From: an uncultured delta proteobacterium
GTDB lineage: Bacteria > Desulfobacterota > Binatia > Binatales > Binataceae
NCBI GenBank assembly: GCA_963842085.1
Contig: CAWJET010000002.1
Coordinates: forward strand, 928,001-992,000
Direction: 5' to 3'
Length of the DNA: 64,000 nucleotides
Shown here: positions 48,600-59,319 of the stretch, piece by piece
How positions within the stretch are numbered: position 1 is the stretch's first letter
Layout: each line of letters starts with the position of its first letter
Notes under the pieces: model-generated
Database searches by the model: none
Told to the model about the DNA's origin: nothing
What the model saw: only the letters and a program-made list of their open reading frames with translations
Position numbers and translations under genes: made by a program

Positions 48600-48839
48600 T
48601 TAAAGTCGAATGATTCGCGCTTTTTGACGCGACCGTCGTATCTCGATACCATCCAGCGGCGCCGACGCGAGTAAGGCTTTGAAGGTTTTGCCCCCGCTGC
48701 GCAAACGCCGATATTGGTCGGCCCTAACAAGGACCGCCACGGCTTTGCCGTGGCGGGTGACCGTTTGCGGCCCTTCTCTCAGAGTTCGCTCGACCATTTC
48801 GCTGAAGCGCGCCTTGGCCTCTTGAACCTGCCATCTCAT
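48600..48839 (-). CDS. Phd/YefM antitoxin
   Basis: MRWQVQEAKARFSEMVERTLREGPQTVTRHGKAVAVLV. Confidence 0.92.
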   Translation of the reverse strand: MRWQVQEAKARFSEMVERTLREGPQTVTRHGKAVAVLVRADQYRRLRSGGKTFKALLASAPLDGIEIRRSRQKARIIRL

Positions 48840-48844
48840 CGAAA

Positions 48845-48876
48845 TCAGTCTAGTCAGACTAGGCTGATAGAGTCAA
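48845..48876 (-). promoter_or_regulatory. TA promoter/operator
   Basis: Minus strand TTGACT-18bp-TAGACT, 7 nt before the ATG; inverted repeat TCAGtCTAGTC-A-GACTAGgCTGA (48845-48867). Confidence 0.7.
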
Positions 48877-48953
48877 CTGTTGGCGGGCTTTTGCGCTCGA
48901 ACCCTAGTCACCTGCTCTGAGGGCAAACGACCGCTTTGAGCAGGAAAGGATCC

Positions 48954-48986
48954 AAGAAACGGCGCGAGTCGTTACCGACTCGCGCC
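48954..48986 (-). terminator. Terminator after ftsZ
   Basis: Stem GGCGCGAGTCG/CGACTCGCGCC with 4-nt loop, followed on the minus strand by GTTTCTT. Confidence 0.7.
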
Positions 48987-49009
48987 CCAATCGTTTCTGT
49001 ATGTTTCCG

Positions 49010-50290
49010 CTAATCCAGATGCTTGCGCAGGAAGGTCGGGATGTCGAGCTTGTCGTCGCCGTCGAGCAGCGAATTCGGCTCGAGCTTCTCGCCCTCCGCC
49101 AGGCCCGCATCCTCACCGCGCCGTCTGAACGCCGGGATGTCGAGCGAACTGTCATCGACGACCAGCCCCATCCTGCGCACCGGCTTGTTGCCCGGGAACA
49201 TCCTTACCTGCCCGGGCTGCGCGGCCGGCGCCGGCTGCTTGACTTCCATCGGGTCGACCGGCCGCGTCGAGGCCGCCGCGATCGGCGTGGTGACGGGCGC
49301 GCCCGACGGCGAGTAGCGCGGCGAACTTCGGTCGAGGTCGCCGAACCCGGTCGCGATAACCGTGACGCGAATCTCGTCGGACATCGCGTCGTCGATCACC
49401 GCGCCGAATATGATGTTCGCGTCCTCGTGCGCCTCTTCCTGGATCAGGCTCGCCGCTTCGTTCACTTCGTACAGCGCCATGTCGGAACCGCCGGTCACGT
49501 TGATCAGCAGGCCACGCGCGCCCTTGATCGAGACGTCCTCGAGCAGCGGGCTCGAGATCGCGCGCTGCGCCGCCTCGACTGCGCGATTCTCGCCGGCCGC
49601 GGTGGCCGCGCCCATCATCGCCATGCCCATCTCGGCCATGATCGAGCGCACGTCGGCAAAATCCAGGTTGATTAGCCCGTGCACCGTGACCAGCTCGGAA
49701 ATTCCACGGACGGCTTGCAGCAGTACGTCGTCGGCCTTTTGGAACGATTCCTTGAGCGAGGTATTTTTGCTCGCGACCGAGAGCAGGCGCTGATTGGGAA
49801 TCGTGATCAGCGTATCGACCGCGTTCTTCAGCTCGCGCAGACCTTCTTCGGCCTGCGCCATGCGGCGGCGCCCTTCGAACTGGAACGGCTTGGTCACGAC
49901 GCCAACGGTCAGCGCTCCGATCTCGCGCGCGATACGCGCAATCACCGGCGCAGAGCCGGTTCCGGTGCCGCCGCCCATTCCGGCGGTCACGAACACCATC
50001 TCCGCTTCGGACAGGATTTCGCGGATCCGCTCCTCGTCTTCGAGCGCGGCCTTGCGTCCGATTTCCGGATTGCCGCCGGTGCCGCGTCCCCGCGTGATAT
50101 CGTCGCCAATCTGCACGCGCAGCGGCGCGTGGTTATTCTGCAGCGCCTGGATGTCGGTATTCACGGCGATGAAATCGACGTTGCGCAGCCCCACATTGAT
50201 CATGTGGTTGACTGCATTACCGCCGCATCCGCCAGCACCGATTACCTTGATCCTCGCGCCCGGGTCGGGATTACTCACCAACTCAATCAT
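49010..50290 (-). CDS. ftsZ: Cell division protein FtsZ
   Basis: [31 protein letters not shown]-terminal LDIPTFLRK. Confidence 0.98.
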   Translation of the reverse strand: MIELVSNPDPGARIKVIGAGGCGGNAVNHMINVGLRNVDFIAVNTDIQALQNNHAPLRVQIGDDITRGRGTGGNPEIGRKAALEDEERIREILSEAEMVFVTAGMGGGTGTGSAPVIARIAREIGALTVGVVTKPFQFEGRRRMAQAEEGLRELKNAVDTLITIPNQRLLSVASKNTSLKESFQKADDVLLQAVRGISELVTVHGLINLDFADVRSIMAEMGMAMMGAATAAGENRAVEAAQRAISSPLLEDVSIKGARGLLINVTGGSDMALYEVNEAASLIQEEAHEDANIIFGAVIDDAMSDEIRVTVIATGFGDLDRSSPRYSPSGAPVTTPIAAASTRPVDPMEVKQPAPAAQPGQVRMFPGNKPVRRMGLVVDDSSLDIPAFRRRGEDAGLAEGEKLEPNSLLDGDDKLDIPTFLRKHLD

Positions 50291-50358
50291 TACAGATCCT
50301 CCTCCACCACCTACCGGCAAAGTTTGTTGCCCAATTAATTTCTTGTTCCGCCGACTTC

Positions 50359-51576
50359 TCAAAAGAAGTCCCTCACCCAATCGCTAAGCCGCGAACGCAG
50401 CCGTCCCAGCCGCCTCGTCCTTCCGACGCCGTTGCCAACTCCGTCCGCCGCGCTCTGGTACAGCAGCAAGCCCGCCGCCGTCGTATACATCGGCTTCATC
50501 AGTTCTTCCGGCAGTCCCTTCAGGTTGATCGGAAGTCCGCGCCGCACCGGCACGCCGAAGATGCGCTCGGCCAGCTCCTGCGTGCCCTCCAGCAGCGAGG
50601 TGCCTCCGACCAGCACCACACCCGAGGCCAAGCCGTCCGACACGCCCGAGCGCAGCAGCTCGCGCTGCACCATCGTGAAAATCTCTTCCATCCGCGGCTC
50701 GACGATTTCCCCGAGCAACCGACGCGCGATCACCCGCGGCTCGCGCCCGCCAACGCCCGGCACCTGCACCATCTCGTCGCGGCGCACAACCTGGTTGGTC
50801 GCCACGCCGAACGTGACCTTGAGCCGCTCCGCTTCGGAAATGGGAGTGCGCAATCCCGCCGCGATGTCGCTGGTAAGATGATTCCCGCCAATCGGGAGCA
50901 CCGCGGTATGCATCACCGCGCCGCCATGGAACACGATGATATCGGTGGTGCCGCCGCCAACGTCGATTAGCGCAACACCCAGCTCGCGTTCCTCCGGAAA
51001 TAGCGCCGCATCCGCCGACGCCAGCGGCTGGAAAACCATCTCCGACGGCGTCACGCCCGCGCGCTCGCAGCACTTGGTTAGATTCTGTCCGTAGCTCTGC
51101 GCCGCGGTGACGATGTGGATGCGCGCTTCCAGGCGCACGCCCGCCATCCCGTACGGCTCGCGCACGCCCTCCTGCTCGTCGACCGCGAATTGCTGCGGCA
51201 GGATGTGCAGCACCTGCCGATCGAGCGGGATTGCGACCGCGCGCGCCGCATCGATCACTCGATCGACGTCGCGCGAACTTACTTCGCCGCCGCGCACTGC
51301 GACGATCCCGTGGCTGTTGAGGCCCTTGATATGCGGCCCCGCGACGCCGACCACGGCCGAGCCCACGCGCACGCCGGAAGTTTTCTCAGCTTCCTCGACC
51401 GCCGCGCGGATCGCATCGACCGTCGCCTCGATATTCACCACCACGCCCTTGCGCAGCCCTGTGCATGGCGCGATCCCGAAGCCGAGCGTTGCCAACTGGC
51501 CGTCGGGCAGCGACTCGCCGACGATGGCGCACACTTTGCTGGTGCCGACGTCCAATCCGGTGAGCAGATTTCTCAT
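50359..51576 (-). CDS. ftsA: Cell division protein FtsA
   Basis: [43 protein letters not shown]. Confidence 0.97.
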   Translation of the reverse strand: MRNLLTGLDVGTSKVCAIVGESLPDGQLATLGFGIAPCTGLRKGVVVNIEATVDAIRAAVEEAEKTSGVRVGSAVVGVAGPHIKGLNSHGIVAVRGGEVSSRDVDRVIDAARAVAIPLDRQVLHILPQQFAVDEQEGVREPYGMAGVRLEARIHIVTAAQSYGQNLTKCCERAGVTPSEMVFQPLASADAALFPEERELGVALIDVGGGTTDIIVFHGGAVMHTAVLPIGGNHLTSDIAAGLRTPISEAERLKVTFGVATNQVVRRDEMVQVPGVGGREPRVIARRLLGEIVEPRMEEIFTMVQRELLRSGVSDGLASGVVLVGGTSLLEGTQELAERIFGVPVRRGLPINLKGLPEELMKPMYTTAAGLLLYQSAADGVGNGVGRTRRLGRLRSRLSDWVRDFF

Positions 51577-52367
51577 CGCGTCATGGACTCCCCGGCCGGT
51601 TGGAATGAAACTCCCCGGATCCCGCTCTTGTGCTTCGCGTGGCTGCCCTCGCCTTCGTGCAGGCGTACAACGGCCAGCCCCGGCGTGGTCAAGTCGAGTG
51701 CGGCGATCAGGTTTTCACGCCCCTGCCATTTTTGACGCACCTTGATCGCGCGCTGAATTTCGGTCGTTGCGCGATCGAGATCGATCACCACTTCGGTACG
51801 CTCGCGTTCCAGGAACAGCGACGCCGTGCCGTCATCGCCAACTCGCATCTCGGAGATGATTTCGGACAGTTGCGTCTCCGCGCGCACCAGCACCGCCGCG
51901 TAGTCGACCATCTGCGTCCCGCGCGTGTTGTCGAGCGCTGCGCCGCTCAGCACCGGCAGATCGCCCTGCTTGCCGGGAGAGACGGGCCCGCGCAGCTCGC
52001 CGCCGCGGAACAGTTCGTAAAAGCCGTCGCACCGCTCGACGATCGCGATTGCTCCTTCGCGCATATCCCCCGCAGAGATCGCCGCTGTCCCGGGTCCGTG
52101 GCCGGCGCGATGGTAAATTCCCGCGCGACCTGCCCACTCGACCAGGACGGCGGAGTAGCCCGCGACGGCGGTGCGCGCGGGCGCCAGTGCATCGATGATT
52201 TGATCGCGATATGAGCTGAGACTTGCGGATGCTCTGAGCGTGACTGCGCGGCCGGTGGTGCTGAATCCGGTCATCACGCCCAACGCAAAAAAGGCGCACA
52301 CGACCAAGCCGCCCAACCGCGGGCTCCATCCGGCCACCGCCTTATTTCCGCCCTTGCGAACCGCCAC
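51573..52367 (-). CDS. ftsQ: FtsQ/DivIB-like protein (divergent, POTRA domain not evident)
   Basis: Position between murB and ftsA; N-terminal TM; DLPVLSG, ISEMRV and LDLTTPGLAVVR resemble the FtsQ C-terminal domain. Confidence 0.6.
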   Translation of the reverse strand: MAVRKGGNKAVAGWSPRLGGLVVCAFFALGVMTGFSTTGRAVTLRASASLSSYRDQIIDALAPARTAVAGYSAVLVEWAGRAGIYHRAGHGPGTAAISAGDMREGAIAIVERCDGFYELFRGGELRGPVSPGKQGDLPVLSGAALDNTRGTQMVDYAAVLVRAETQLSEIISEMRVGDDGTASLFLERERTEVVIDLDRATTEIQRAIKVRQKWQGRENLIAALDLTTPGLAVVRLHEGEGSHAKHKSGIRGVSFQPAGESMTR

Positions 52368-52387
52368 CCCGCCACCTCAACCGCGCG

Positions 52388-53290
52388 TCACCAGTCGCCG
52401 ACCAGCCTAACCTCCGGTTCAAGCCAGACGCCGCTCTGTTCCTTGACCTTGATCCGCGCCATCTCGATTAGCGCGCGCACTTCCGCGGCCTGTGCGCCGC
52501 CAAGATTCACGATAAAATTCGCATGCTGATCCGAAAACGCAACGCCGCCGAGGCGCGTGCCCTTAAGACCCGCGCCCTCGAGCAGCTTGCCTGCGAAATT
52601 CCCGGGCGGATTTTTGAAGATCGATCCCGCGTTGGGCACGCCCCGCGGCTGCCGCGCCGCCCGCTTCGCTTTCAGCTCCGCAACGCGCGCCATCAACTGC
52701 CCGCGATCGCCGCGAGCAAGCTCGAAATCGACGCGCGTGATTACGAAATGCGCCGGCAACTCGGTGCGCCTGTATGCGAACTTTACTTCGTCCCTGGTCA
52801 GCGCGAGCGCCTCGCCGGCCTCGGTGACGCCATGCACCAGCGTCACCACCCTGGCGATTTCGCCGCCGAACGCGCCCGCGTTCATCACCAGTCCGCCCCC
52901 GACGGTGCCGGGAATACCCTCGCCGAATTCGAGCCCCTCGAGACCCCGATCGACCACTGCCTGGACCAGCGCGCCGAACGCGGCAGCAGCGCCCGCAACG
53001 ACTTTCGTGCCGTCAATTTCTATTTTCGCAAAGCCGTCGCCGAGCCTCACCACCAGCCCTCGCATTCCGCGATCGCTAACCAGCAGGTTGGTCCCCGCGC
53101 CAAGGCAGAAGCACGGCACGCCCGCGCGATACGCCGCCGCCTTCGCATGCATCAGCTCGGCTTCGTCCTCGACGGCGACGAACAAGTCCGCCGGGCCGCC
53201 GATTCGAAATGAGGTCAGCTCCGCCAGCGGCATCGCCGCGCGGACTCGCCCGCCAAATCTCGCGAGCAGCTCGGCCTCAAGCGCCTTCAT
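52388..53290 (-). CDS. murB: UDP-N-acetylenolpyruvoylglucosamine reductase
   Basis: TSFRIGGPA, GAGTNLLVSD, GIPGTVGG..MNAGA, NAGSIFKNP, HANFIVN, LEPEV. Confidence 0.97.
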   Translation of the reverse strand: MKALEAELLARFGGRVRAAMPLAELTSFRIGGPADLFVAVEDEAELMHAKAAAYRAGVPCFCLGAGTNLLVSDRGMRGLVVRLGDGFAKIEIDGTKVVAGAAAAFGALVQAVVDRGLEGLEFGEGIPGTVGGGLVMNAGAFGGEIARVVTLVHGVTEAGEALALTRDEVKFAYRRTELPAHFVITRVDFELARGDRGQLMARVAELKAKRAARQPRGVPNAGSIFKNPPGNFAGKLLEGAGLKGTRLGGVAFSDQHANFIVNLGGAQAAEVRALIEMARIKVKEQSGVWLEPEVRLVGDW

Positions 53291-54707
53291 GAACCTTGAC
53301 CTCGGCGCTGAGTGCGTCCAGTATTTCGCCGCCCGTCTTGTAGATATCGCCCGCCCCCAGAGTCGCGATCACATCGCCTGAGCGCGAGCCTGACGCGATT
53401 CGCGCCGCAGGATCTTGCTCGGCGCCCAGGTAATGCACCTCGAGATGCCCGCGCGCGTGCAGCGCCTCGTACAGACGCCGCGAAGAGACGTCGGCAATCG
53501 GCTCCTCGCCGGCCGGATACACGTCAAGCAGGTAGAGCACGTCGGCATCGTCGAACGCCGACAGAAAATCGTCGAACAAATCGCGCAGCCGCGTATATCG
53601 ATGCGGCTGGAAGACCGCTACCACGCGGCGCTTGAACGACGCGCGCACGGCGGCCAGAGTCGCGCGCACTTCGGCCGGATGGTGCGCGTAGTCGTCGAGC
53701 ACGATCCGTCCCGCCGCTTCGCCCTTGATCTCGAAGCGCCGGCTGATTCCCCCGAACTTCGCCAACGCCGCCGCCGCACGCTCGAAACTGATTCCAACTT
53801 CCATCGCGACCGCGAGCGCCGCGAGCGAGTTCATCGCAACATGCACACCCGGCGTCGGGATAGTCACGCGCCCAAGATGCTCCCCCTTGCGGAGCACCTC
53901 GAAGCGCGTCGAAAGATCGTCGATCACGATTTTCTCGGCGCGCAGATCCGCGTCCTGCGCGATGCCGTACGTCACCATCGGCTTGCGAATCGACTCCATC
54001 AGGCCGCGCACGTTCACATTGTCGATTCCAAGCACGGCCACGCCGTAAAACGGCACGCGATTGATAAAGTCCGCAAACGCCTGCCGCACGCGATCCATCG
54101 TGCCGTAATGATCGAGATGTTCCGGATCGATATTGGTCACCACCGCGATCGTGGGGATCAGCAGCAGGAACGACGCGTCGCTCTCGTCGGCCTCTGCCAC
54201 CATGAAGTCGCCGCGCCCCAATCGAACGTTGCTGCCGATATTGCGAATATTTCCGCCGACCGCGACGGTCGGATCGAGGTCTGCCTCTTCCATGATCAGC
54301 GCGATAAGGCCCGTCGTGGTCGTCTTGCCGTGAGTGCCGGCGACCGCCACACCGACCTTCGCCATCCGCAGCAACTCGCCGAGCATCTCGGCCCGCGCGA
54401 TCACCGGAATCTTCATCTCGCGTGCGCGTGCAACTTCAGGATTGGAAAATTTTATCGCTGACGAGATCACCACGGCGTCGATCCCGCCGTCGTCCTTCAG
54501 ATGCGCCGGATGATGGCCCTGGCTGATTTCCGCACCGAGCGACGCGAGCCGGGTAATCGCCGCCGAAGGTTTCAGATCGCATCCGCTGACGCGCATCCCG
54601 AGCTTCAGGCACAGCTCGGCGATTCCGCTCATGCCGGCGCCGCCGATTCCGACGAAATGCAGCCGACGCTGGCGAGTCAACAGACCATTTGCGTGCAATT
54701 CACTCAC
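53277..54707 (-). CDS. murC: UDP-N-acetylmuramate--L-alanine ligase
   Basis: HFVGIGGAGMSGIA, AGTHGKTTTT, EADESD, DDYAHHP, FQPHRYTR. Confidence 0.97.
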   Translation of the reverse strand: MSELHANGLLTRQRRLHFVGIGGAGMSGIAELCLKLGMRVSGCDLKPSAAITRLASLGAEISQGHHPAHLKDDGGIDAVVISSAIKFSNPEVARAREMKIPVIARAEMLGELLRMAKVGVAVAGTHGKTTTTGLIALIMEEADLDPTVAVGGNIRNIGSNVRLGRGDFMVAEADESDASFLLLIPTIAVVTNIDPEHLDHYGTMDRVRQAFADFINRVPFYGVAVLGIDNVNVRGLMESIRKPMVTYGIAQDADLRAEKIVIDDLSTRFEVLRKGEHLGRVTIPTPGVHVAMNSLAALAVAMEVGISFERAAAALAKFGGISRRFEIKGEAAGRIVLDDYAHHPAEVRATLAAVRASFKRRVVAVFQPHRYTRLRDLFDDFLSAFDDADVLYLLDVYPAGEEPIADVSSRRLYEALHARGHLEVHYLGAEQDPAARIASGSRSGDVIATLGAGDIYKTGGEILDALSAEVKVHEGA

Positions 54708-55786
54708 GCTGCCGCTTGCTCCGCAACTTCAAAACAAATTCTCGCTACGTGGCGAGCGGCGTCGGGATGCGCCTCCTGATGCGCCCGCAGACCCATCTCG
54801 TCCAGCCGCGCCGGATTCCGCATCAGCGCGTCGAGTTCGCGTGCGAGATTTGACGCAAGCTGGCCGTCGTCGCGAACTATTATTGCTCCACCGCGCTTTT
54901 CAATCACGCGCGCGTTGTGCACTTGCTGCAAATCCTTGTGGAAGGGATACGGCACGAAAATAGCCGCACGCGCGCCAAGAGCAATGTCTGTGACAGTCAT
55001 CGCACCTGAGCGCGCGATAACCAGATCGGCGCGATGCAGCGCGTCGGCCATGTCGTCGATAAACGGCACCACCTCTGCCGCGAACCCGATTTCGCGGTAT
55101 GCACTCCTCACCAACTCCTCATCCGCCTCCCCGGTTTGGTGGACAACGTGCAAATTTATAACACTTTTTCCGTAGATTTTGAAAGCCCCTACGACGCCAA
55201 CGTTAAGGCGATGCGCTCCCGATGAACCGCCTAAAACAAGGATTTGTAATTGATCGCCCTCACGCCTCGATCGGTCAGGCTGGTATTGGAACCGGGTCGG
55301 ATTACCTGTCACCGCAACTTTAGAAGGAGTGAAATAACCCTCAGTGTCGCTAAAGCCGACGCATATCTTTTCGGCGAATCTCGACATCATTCGATTGGCC
55401 AAACCGGGACGCGTGTTCTGTTCCATCAGCACCAGCGGCGTCCGCGTCAGGATCGCCGCCGCGCCCATCGAGGCCGACGCATAACCGCCGGCGCTCACCA
55501 CGATGCTCGGACGAAACCGCCTGACCAGCGAGGTTGCCAGTCCAATCGCGCGAATGAATTCCACCGACGCGCGCGCCCGCTCAAGAGCGCTATGCCCGCG
55601 AATTCCGTGCGTCTCGAACAGCTCGTACCTGTACCCGCTCTTCGGCAGCCACTTCGCCTCGAGGCCCGCGCTGGTGCCGACGAACAGCACCTCGATGCCG
55701 GGACGCTCGCGAATCATTTCCTCGCCCAGCGCGACCGCCGGAAAAAGATGCCCGCCCGTGCCGCCGCCTGCGATTATCACCTTCAT
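54704..55786 (-). CDS. murG: MurG glycosyltransferase
   Basis: AGGGTGGHLFPA, GGYAS, EQN, GNP, GGSSGA, HQTG, RSGA, QVHNA. Confidence 0.96.
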   Translation of the reverse strand: MKVIIAGGGTGGHLFPAVALGEEMIRERPGIEVLFVGTSAGLEAKWLPKSGYRYELFETHGIRGHSALERARASVEFIRAIGLATSLVRRFRPSIVVSAGGYASASMGAAAILTRTPLVLMEQNTRPGLANRMMSRFAEKICVGFSDTEGYFTPSKVAVTGNPTRFQYQPDRSRREGDQLQILVLGGSSGAHRLNVGVVGAFKIYGKSVINLHVVHQTGEADEELVRSAYREIGFAAEVVPFIDDMADALHRADLVIARSGAMTVTDIALGARAAIFVPYPFHKDLQQVHNARVIEKRGGAIIVRDDGQLASNLARELDALMRNPARLDEMGLRAHQEAHPDAARHVARICFEVAEQAAA

Positions 55787-56931
55787 CGCACCGCCGGCCG
55801 GCGCCCGAGCGCGAGTAGCGCGCCCAACGCCGCCATCGCGATGATGATCGAAGTGCCGCCGTAGCTCAGGAAGGGCAGCGGCAGTCCCTTCGTCGGGATC
55901 AGCCCAATCACCACCGACATGTTGATCAACGCTTGAATCGAGAGCAGCGCGGTCAGTCCCACCGCGAGCAGGCTCGCGAACGGGTCGGGCTCGTCGTGCG
56001 CGATTCGCATCCCCCGAAACAGGATCACCAGGAACAGCGCGATCACGACTGCCGCGCCGATCAGCCCGAACTCCTCGCCAACCACCGCGAACACAAAGTC
56101 CGTGTGCGCCTCCGGCAGGTAGAACATCTTCTGGCGTCCCGCGCCGAGACCCACGCCCCATTTGCCGCCTTCGCCGAGCGCGATGAAAGATTGCACCAGC
56201 TGAAAGCCGGCGCCGCGCGCGACCGACCACGGATCGAGAAACGTCGTCAGCCGCTTCATGCGGTACGACTTCGCCACCGCTTGGAACGCCAGCAGGCCGA
56301 GCGCCCCGCCGCCGGCAGTCGCGAGATGCTGCCAGCGCGCGCCCGCGGCCCACAACATCGCGAACAAGATAAGCGCGATCATCACGGTGCTGCCGAAGTC
56401 CGGCTGCTTGAGAATCAAGAGCGCGATCGGTCCGACGATCAGAAATACCGCCAGCGGTCCATGCGCGAACTCGCGGATCCGCTCCTGCCGCTTGCTCAGG
56501 AACTTGGCGAGGAAAAACACCAGCGCGAATTTCACCAGTTCCGACGGTTCCGCAATCACCGGTCCCAGCCTGAGCCAGCGCCGCGCACCGCCTCTCACCA
56601 GCCCGAGGCCCGGGACGTAGAGCAGCGCCAGCATCGCGAGCGACAGGATAAACAACGGCATCACTATTCGACGCAGACCGGCCAGCGAGAACTGCGAGAG
56701 AATCATCAGGAAGACGAAACCGACAATGATGTGCGCCAGCTGCAGCTTAAAGAAATGGAACGCGTCGCCTTTTTTCTCGATACCGAGAAAGTACGTGGTG
56801 TTGAGCACCATCAGCAAACCGAGCAGCAGCAGCACCGCCGCCGGCAGCCACAGCCACGGGTCGGGGCGCCGGTAGCTGACCGCGTCAAAGCGCCCGAACC
56901 AGCTCTTTATATACCTTGCCGCGTTCCGCAT
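55783..56931 (-). CDS. ftsW: SEDS peptidoglycan polymerase FtsW
   Basis: GARRWLRLG, EPSELVK, QPDFGS, YLPEAHTDF..GEEFG, PTKGLPLPFLSYGG. Confidence 0.96.
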   Translation of the reverse strand: MRNAARYIKSWFGRFDAVSYRRPDPWLWLPAAVLLLLGLLMVLNTTYFLGIEKKGDAFHFFKLQLAHIIVGFVFLMILSQFSLAGLRRIVMPLFILSLAMLALLYVPGLGLVRGGARRWLRLGPVIAEPSELVKFALVFFLAKFLSKRQERIREFAHGPLAVFLIVGPIALLILKQPDFGSTVMIALILFAMLWAAGARWQHLATAGGGALGLLAFQAVAKSYRMKRLTTFLDPWSVARGAGFQLVQSFIALGEGGKWGVGLGAGRQKMFYLPEAHTDFVFAVVGEEFGLIGAAVVIALFLVILFRGMRIAHDEPDPFASLLAVGLTALLSIQALINMSVVIGLIPTKGLPLPFLSYGGTSIIIAMAALGALLALGRRPAVR

Positions 56932-58222
56932 AGTCCTTGAATTGATCGAAGCTTGAGCATGCCGGCGACAGCAGCACCGTGTCGCCCGGGCGCGCGACGC
57001 GCGCCGCATGCTCGACCGCCTCAGCCAGGGTCGCCACCGTTTCGATCCGCGTCGCACCTTCGAGCGCCGCCGCCATCTTGTCGCGCGCCGCGCCGTTGAA
57101 AATCGCAAGCTTGACCTTCTCGCCGAGCGGCCGTTTGAGCGGCGCGTAATCTCCGCCCTTGTCGAGACCGCCAGCGATCAGAATTATCGGTGGTGCGAGA
57201 GCGTCGAGCGCCTCGACCACCGCGCCGACGTTGGTTCCCTTCGAATCGTCGATATAAGTCACGCCGCCGCGTTCGTGTACGACTTCGATGCGATGCGGCA
57301 GCCCGCGAAATGACCCGAGCGCGCGTTCGATTTCCTCGGGATCGACGCCCAGCGCGAGCGACGCCGCCGACGCCGCCATCGCATTGGAGATGTTGTGCCG
57401 TCCGCGCAGCCGAAATCCTTCGAGGCTGATTCGTCCGCGACGCCCGCCGTCGAAATCAAAGTCGAAAACGATCGCGTTCGCGCGATCGTCGAACCAGAGC
57501 GACGCCCCCCGCTCAACGCGCGCGTGCCCAAAGGCGATCACCCGCGAGCGCAGTTTCTTCGCGAGCTTCCACACATTGGGATCGTCGCGATTCAGAATTG
57601 CGTAGTCCGGCGCCTGCTGGTTTTCGAACAAGCGCGCCTTCGCGCGCCCGTAGTCCGCGAGATCGCGATAGCGATCAAAGTGATCGTCGCTCAGATTAAG
57701 ATGCACGCCGGCGTGCGGGCGGAATTTTTCGATCCACTCGAGCTGGAAACTCGACACCTCGACGACCGCGACGTCCCACTGGCCGCCAACCGCGTCGATT
57801 AGCGGCGTGCCGAGGTTGCCGCCGACGAACGTGCGCCGCCCCGCTGCCTTCAAAATCTCGCCGAGCAGCACGACGACCGTGCTCTTGCCGTTGGTGCCGG
57901 TGACCGCAGCGATTGGCGCGTCGAGAAAGCGGCCGGCCAGTTCGATTTCGCCGATTACCGGAATTCGCCGGCTGATCGCGGCACGCAACAGAATCGATTC
58001 GCGTGGCACGCCCGGACTGGTGACGACCAGCTCGACGTCGTCCACCCAGCTTGCGTCTTCCGCTCCCAGCTTCACCGCGCCCGCCGGCAGTTTGCTGCGC
58101 TCGAGGTCAACGCGCCGATCCGTCATCAGGAGTCTGGCGCCGCGCGAGGCAAGGAACCGCGCCGCGGCGATTCCGCTGACTCCAAGTCCCACTACCATCA
58201 CGCGTTTGCCCGATAGTTCCAT
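56885..58222 (-). CDS. murD: MurD D-glutamate ligase
   Basis: VGLGVSG, VTGTNGKST, GGNLG, EVSSFQL, DDSKGTN, LLSPACSSFDQF. Confidence 0.96.
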   Translation of the reverse strand: MELSGKRVMVVGLGVSGIAAARFLASRGARLLMTDRRVDLERSKLPAGAVKLGAEDASWVDDVELVVTSPGVPRESILLRAAISRRIPVIGEIELAGRFLDAPIAAVTGTNGKSTVVVLLGEILKAAGRRTFVGGNLGTPLIDAVGGQWDVAVVEVSSFQLEWIEKFRPHAGVHLNLSDDHFDRYRDLADYGRAKARLFENQQAPDYAILNRDDPNVWKLAKKLRSRVIAFGHARVERGASLWFDDRANAIVFDFDFDGGRRGRISLEGFRLRGRHNISNAMAASAASLALGVDPEEIERALGSFRGLPHRIEVVHERGGVTYIDDSKGTNVGAVVEALDALAPPIILIAGGLDKGGDYAPLKRPLGEKVKLAIFNGAARDKMAAALEGATRIETVATLAEAVEHAARVARPGDTVLLSPACSSFDQFKDYAERGKVYKELVRAL

Positions 58223-59301
58223 CAACGCAGCTTCAACGTACTTAGCGCGACCAGCGCACACACGATCGAAACGATCCAGAATCTGATCACGACCACGGTT
58301 TCGGGAATGCCCTTGAGTTCGAAATGATGGTGCAGCGGCGCCATCAGGAAAAACCGCTTGTGCGTCGCCTTGAAATAGTAGCGCTGAATAATCGTTGACG
58401 CCGCCTCCGCGACGAACACTCCGCCCGCAATGACCAGCGCGAGTTCCTGCTTGGCCAGCACCGCGACCGTGCCGATCGCGCCGCCCAGTGAGAGCGCGCC
58501 GACGTCGCCCATCATCATCGAAGCCGGGTACGCGTTGAACCACAGGAAACCGAGCGACGCCGCAATCACCGACATGCAGAAAATTGCAACCTCGCCGACG
58601 TTCGCGATGTACGGTATCTGCAGATACGTCGCGAGTTTGATATTGCCGGCGGCGTAGGTGAACACCCAGTAGGTGGCCGCCACCGTCATCACCGGCCCAA
58701 TCGCCAGCCCGTCGAGTCCGTCGGTCAGGTTCACCGCGTGCGAGCATCCCACGATAACCAGCATCGCGAACGGGATGTAAAACCACCAGTGCAAATCGGG
58801 ATGCACGTTCTTGAGGAACGGCACGGTCAGATGGGTGTCGAAGCCGAGATACAGAAACAACCACGCCGCCGCGATGAACGCGCACGAGAACGACCACGCC
58901 AGCTTCGCCGGGCCGCTGAGTCCCAGCCCTTTGCCGCGGGTGAGCTTGAAGTAATCGTCGCTGAAGCCGATCGCGCCGAAGGCCAGGGTCACGAAGATCG
59001 CGATCCAGACGTAGGGATTCAAGATGTTGGCGAGCAGCAGCGTCGCCGCCAGCATCGAGGCCACGATCAGCAGACCGCCCATCGTCGGCGTGCCCGCTTT
59101 CTTCTGATGCGCCTGCGGAACGACTTCGCGGATCGTCTGCCCGATATTCAGCGCGCGGAATCGATCGATCAGAATGGGTCCCAGAGCCAACGAAAGTGCC
59201 AGCGCCGCCAGCCCGGCCAGGACCGAGCGCAGCGTCTCGTACCTGAGCGCGTTGAAGCCGGAGTAATATTTGTGCAGGGGGTAGAGCAGCAGGTAGAGCA
59301 T
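58222..59301 (-). CDS. mraY: MraY translocase
   Basis: KKAGTPTMGG, DDYFK, AVNLTDGLDGLA, MGDVG, MAPLHHHFE. Confidence 0.97.
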   Translation of the reverse strand: MLYLLLYPLHKYYSGFNALRYETLRSVLAGLAALALSLALGPILIDRFRALNIGQTIREVVPQAHQKKAGTPTMGGLLIVASMLAATLLLANILNPYVWIAIFVTLAFGAIGFSDDYFKLTRGKGLGLSGPAKLAWSFSCAFIAAAWLFLYLGFDTHLTVPFLKNVHPDLHWWFYIPFAMLVIVGCSHAVNLTDGLDGLAIGPVMTVAATYWVFTYAAGNIKLATYLQIPYIANVGEVAIFCMSVIAASLGFLWFNAYPASMMMGDVGALSLGGAIGTVAVLAKQELALVIAGGVFVAEAASTIIQRYYFKATHKRFFLMAPLHHHFELKGIPETVVVIRFWIVSIVCALVALSTLKLR

Positions 59302-59319
59302 CGCGGCGCTCGCCGAATC

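Noticed and set aside
46441-48674. 498-aa and 517-aa alternative ORFs
   Set aside because: Shadow frames of pckG; no independent motifs.
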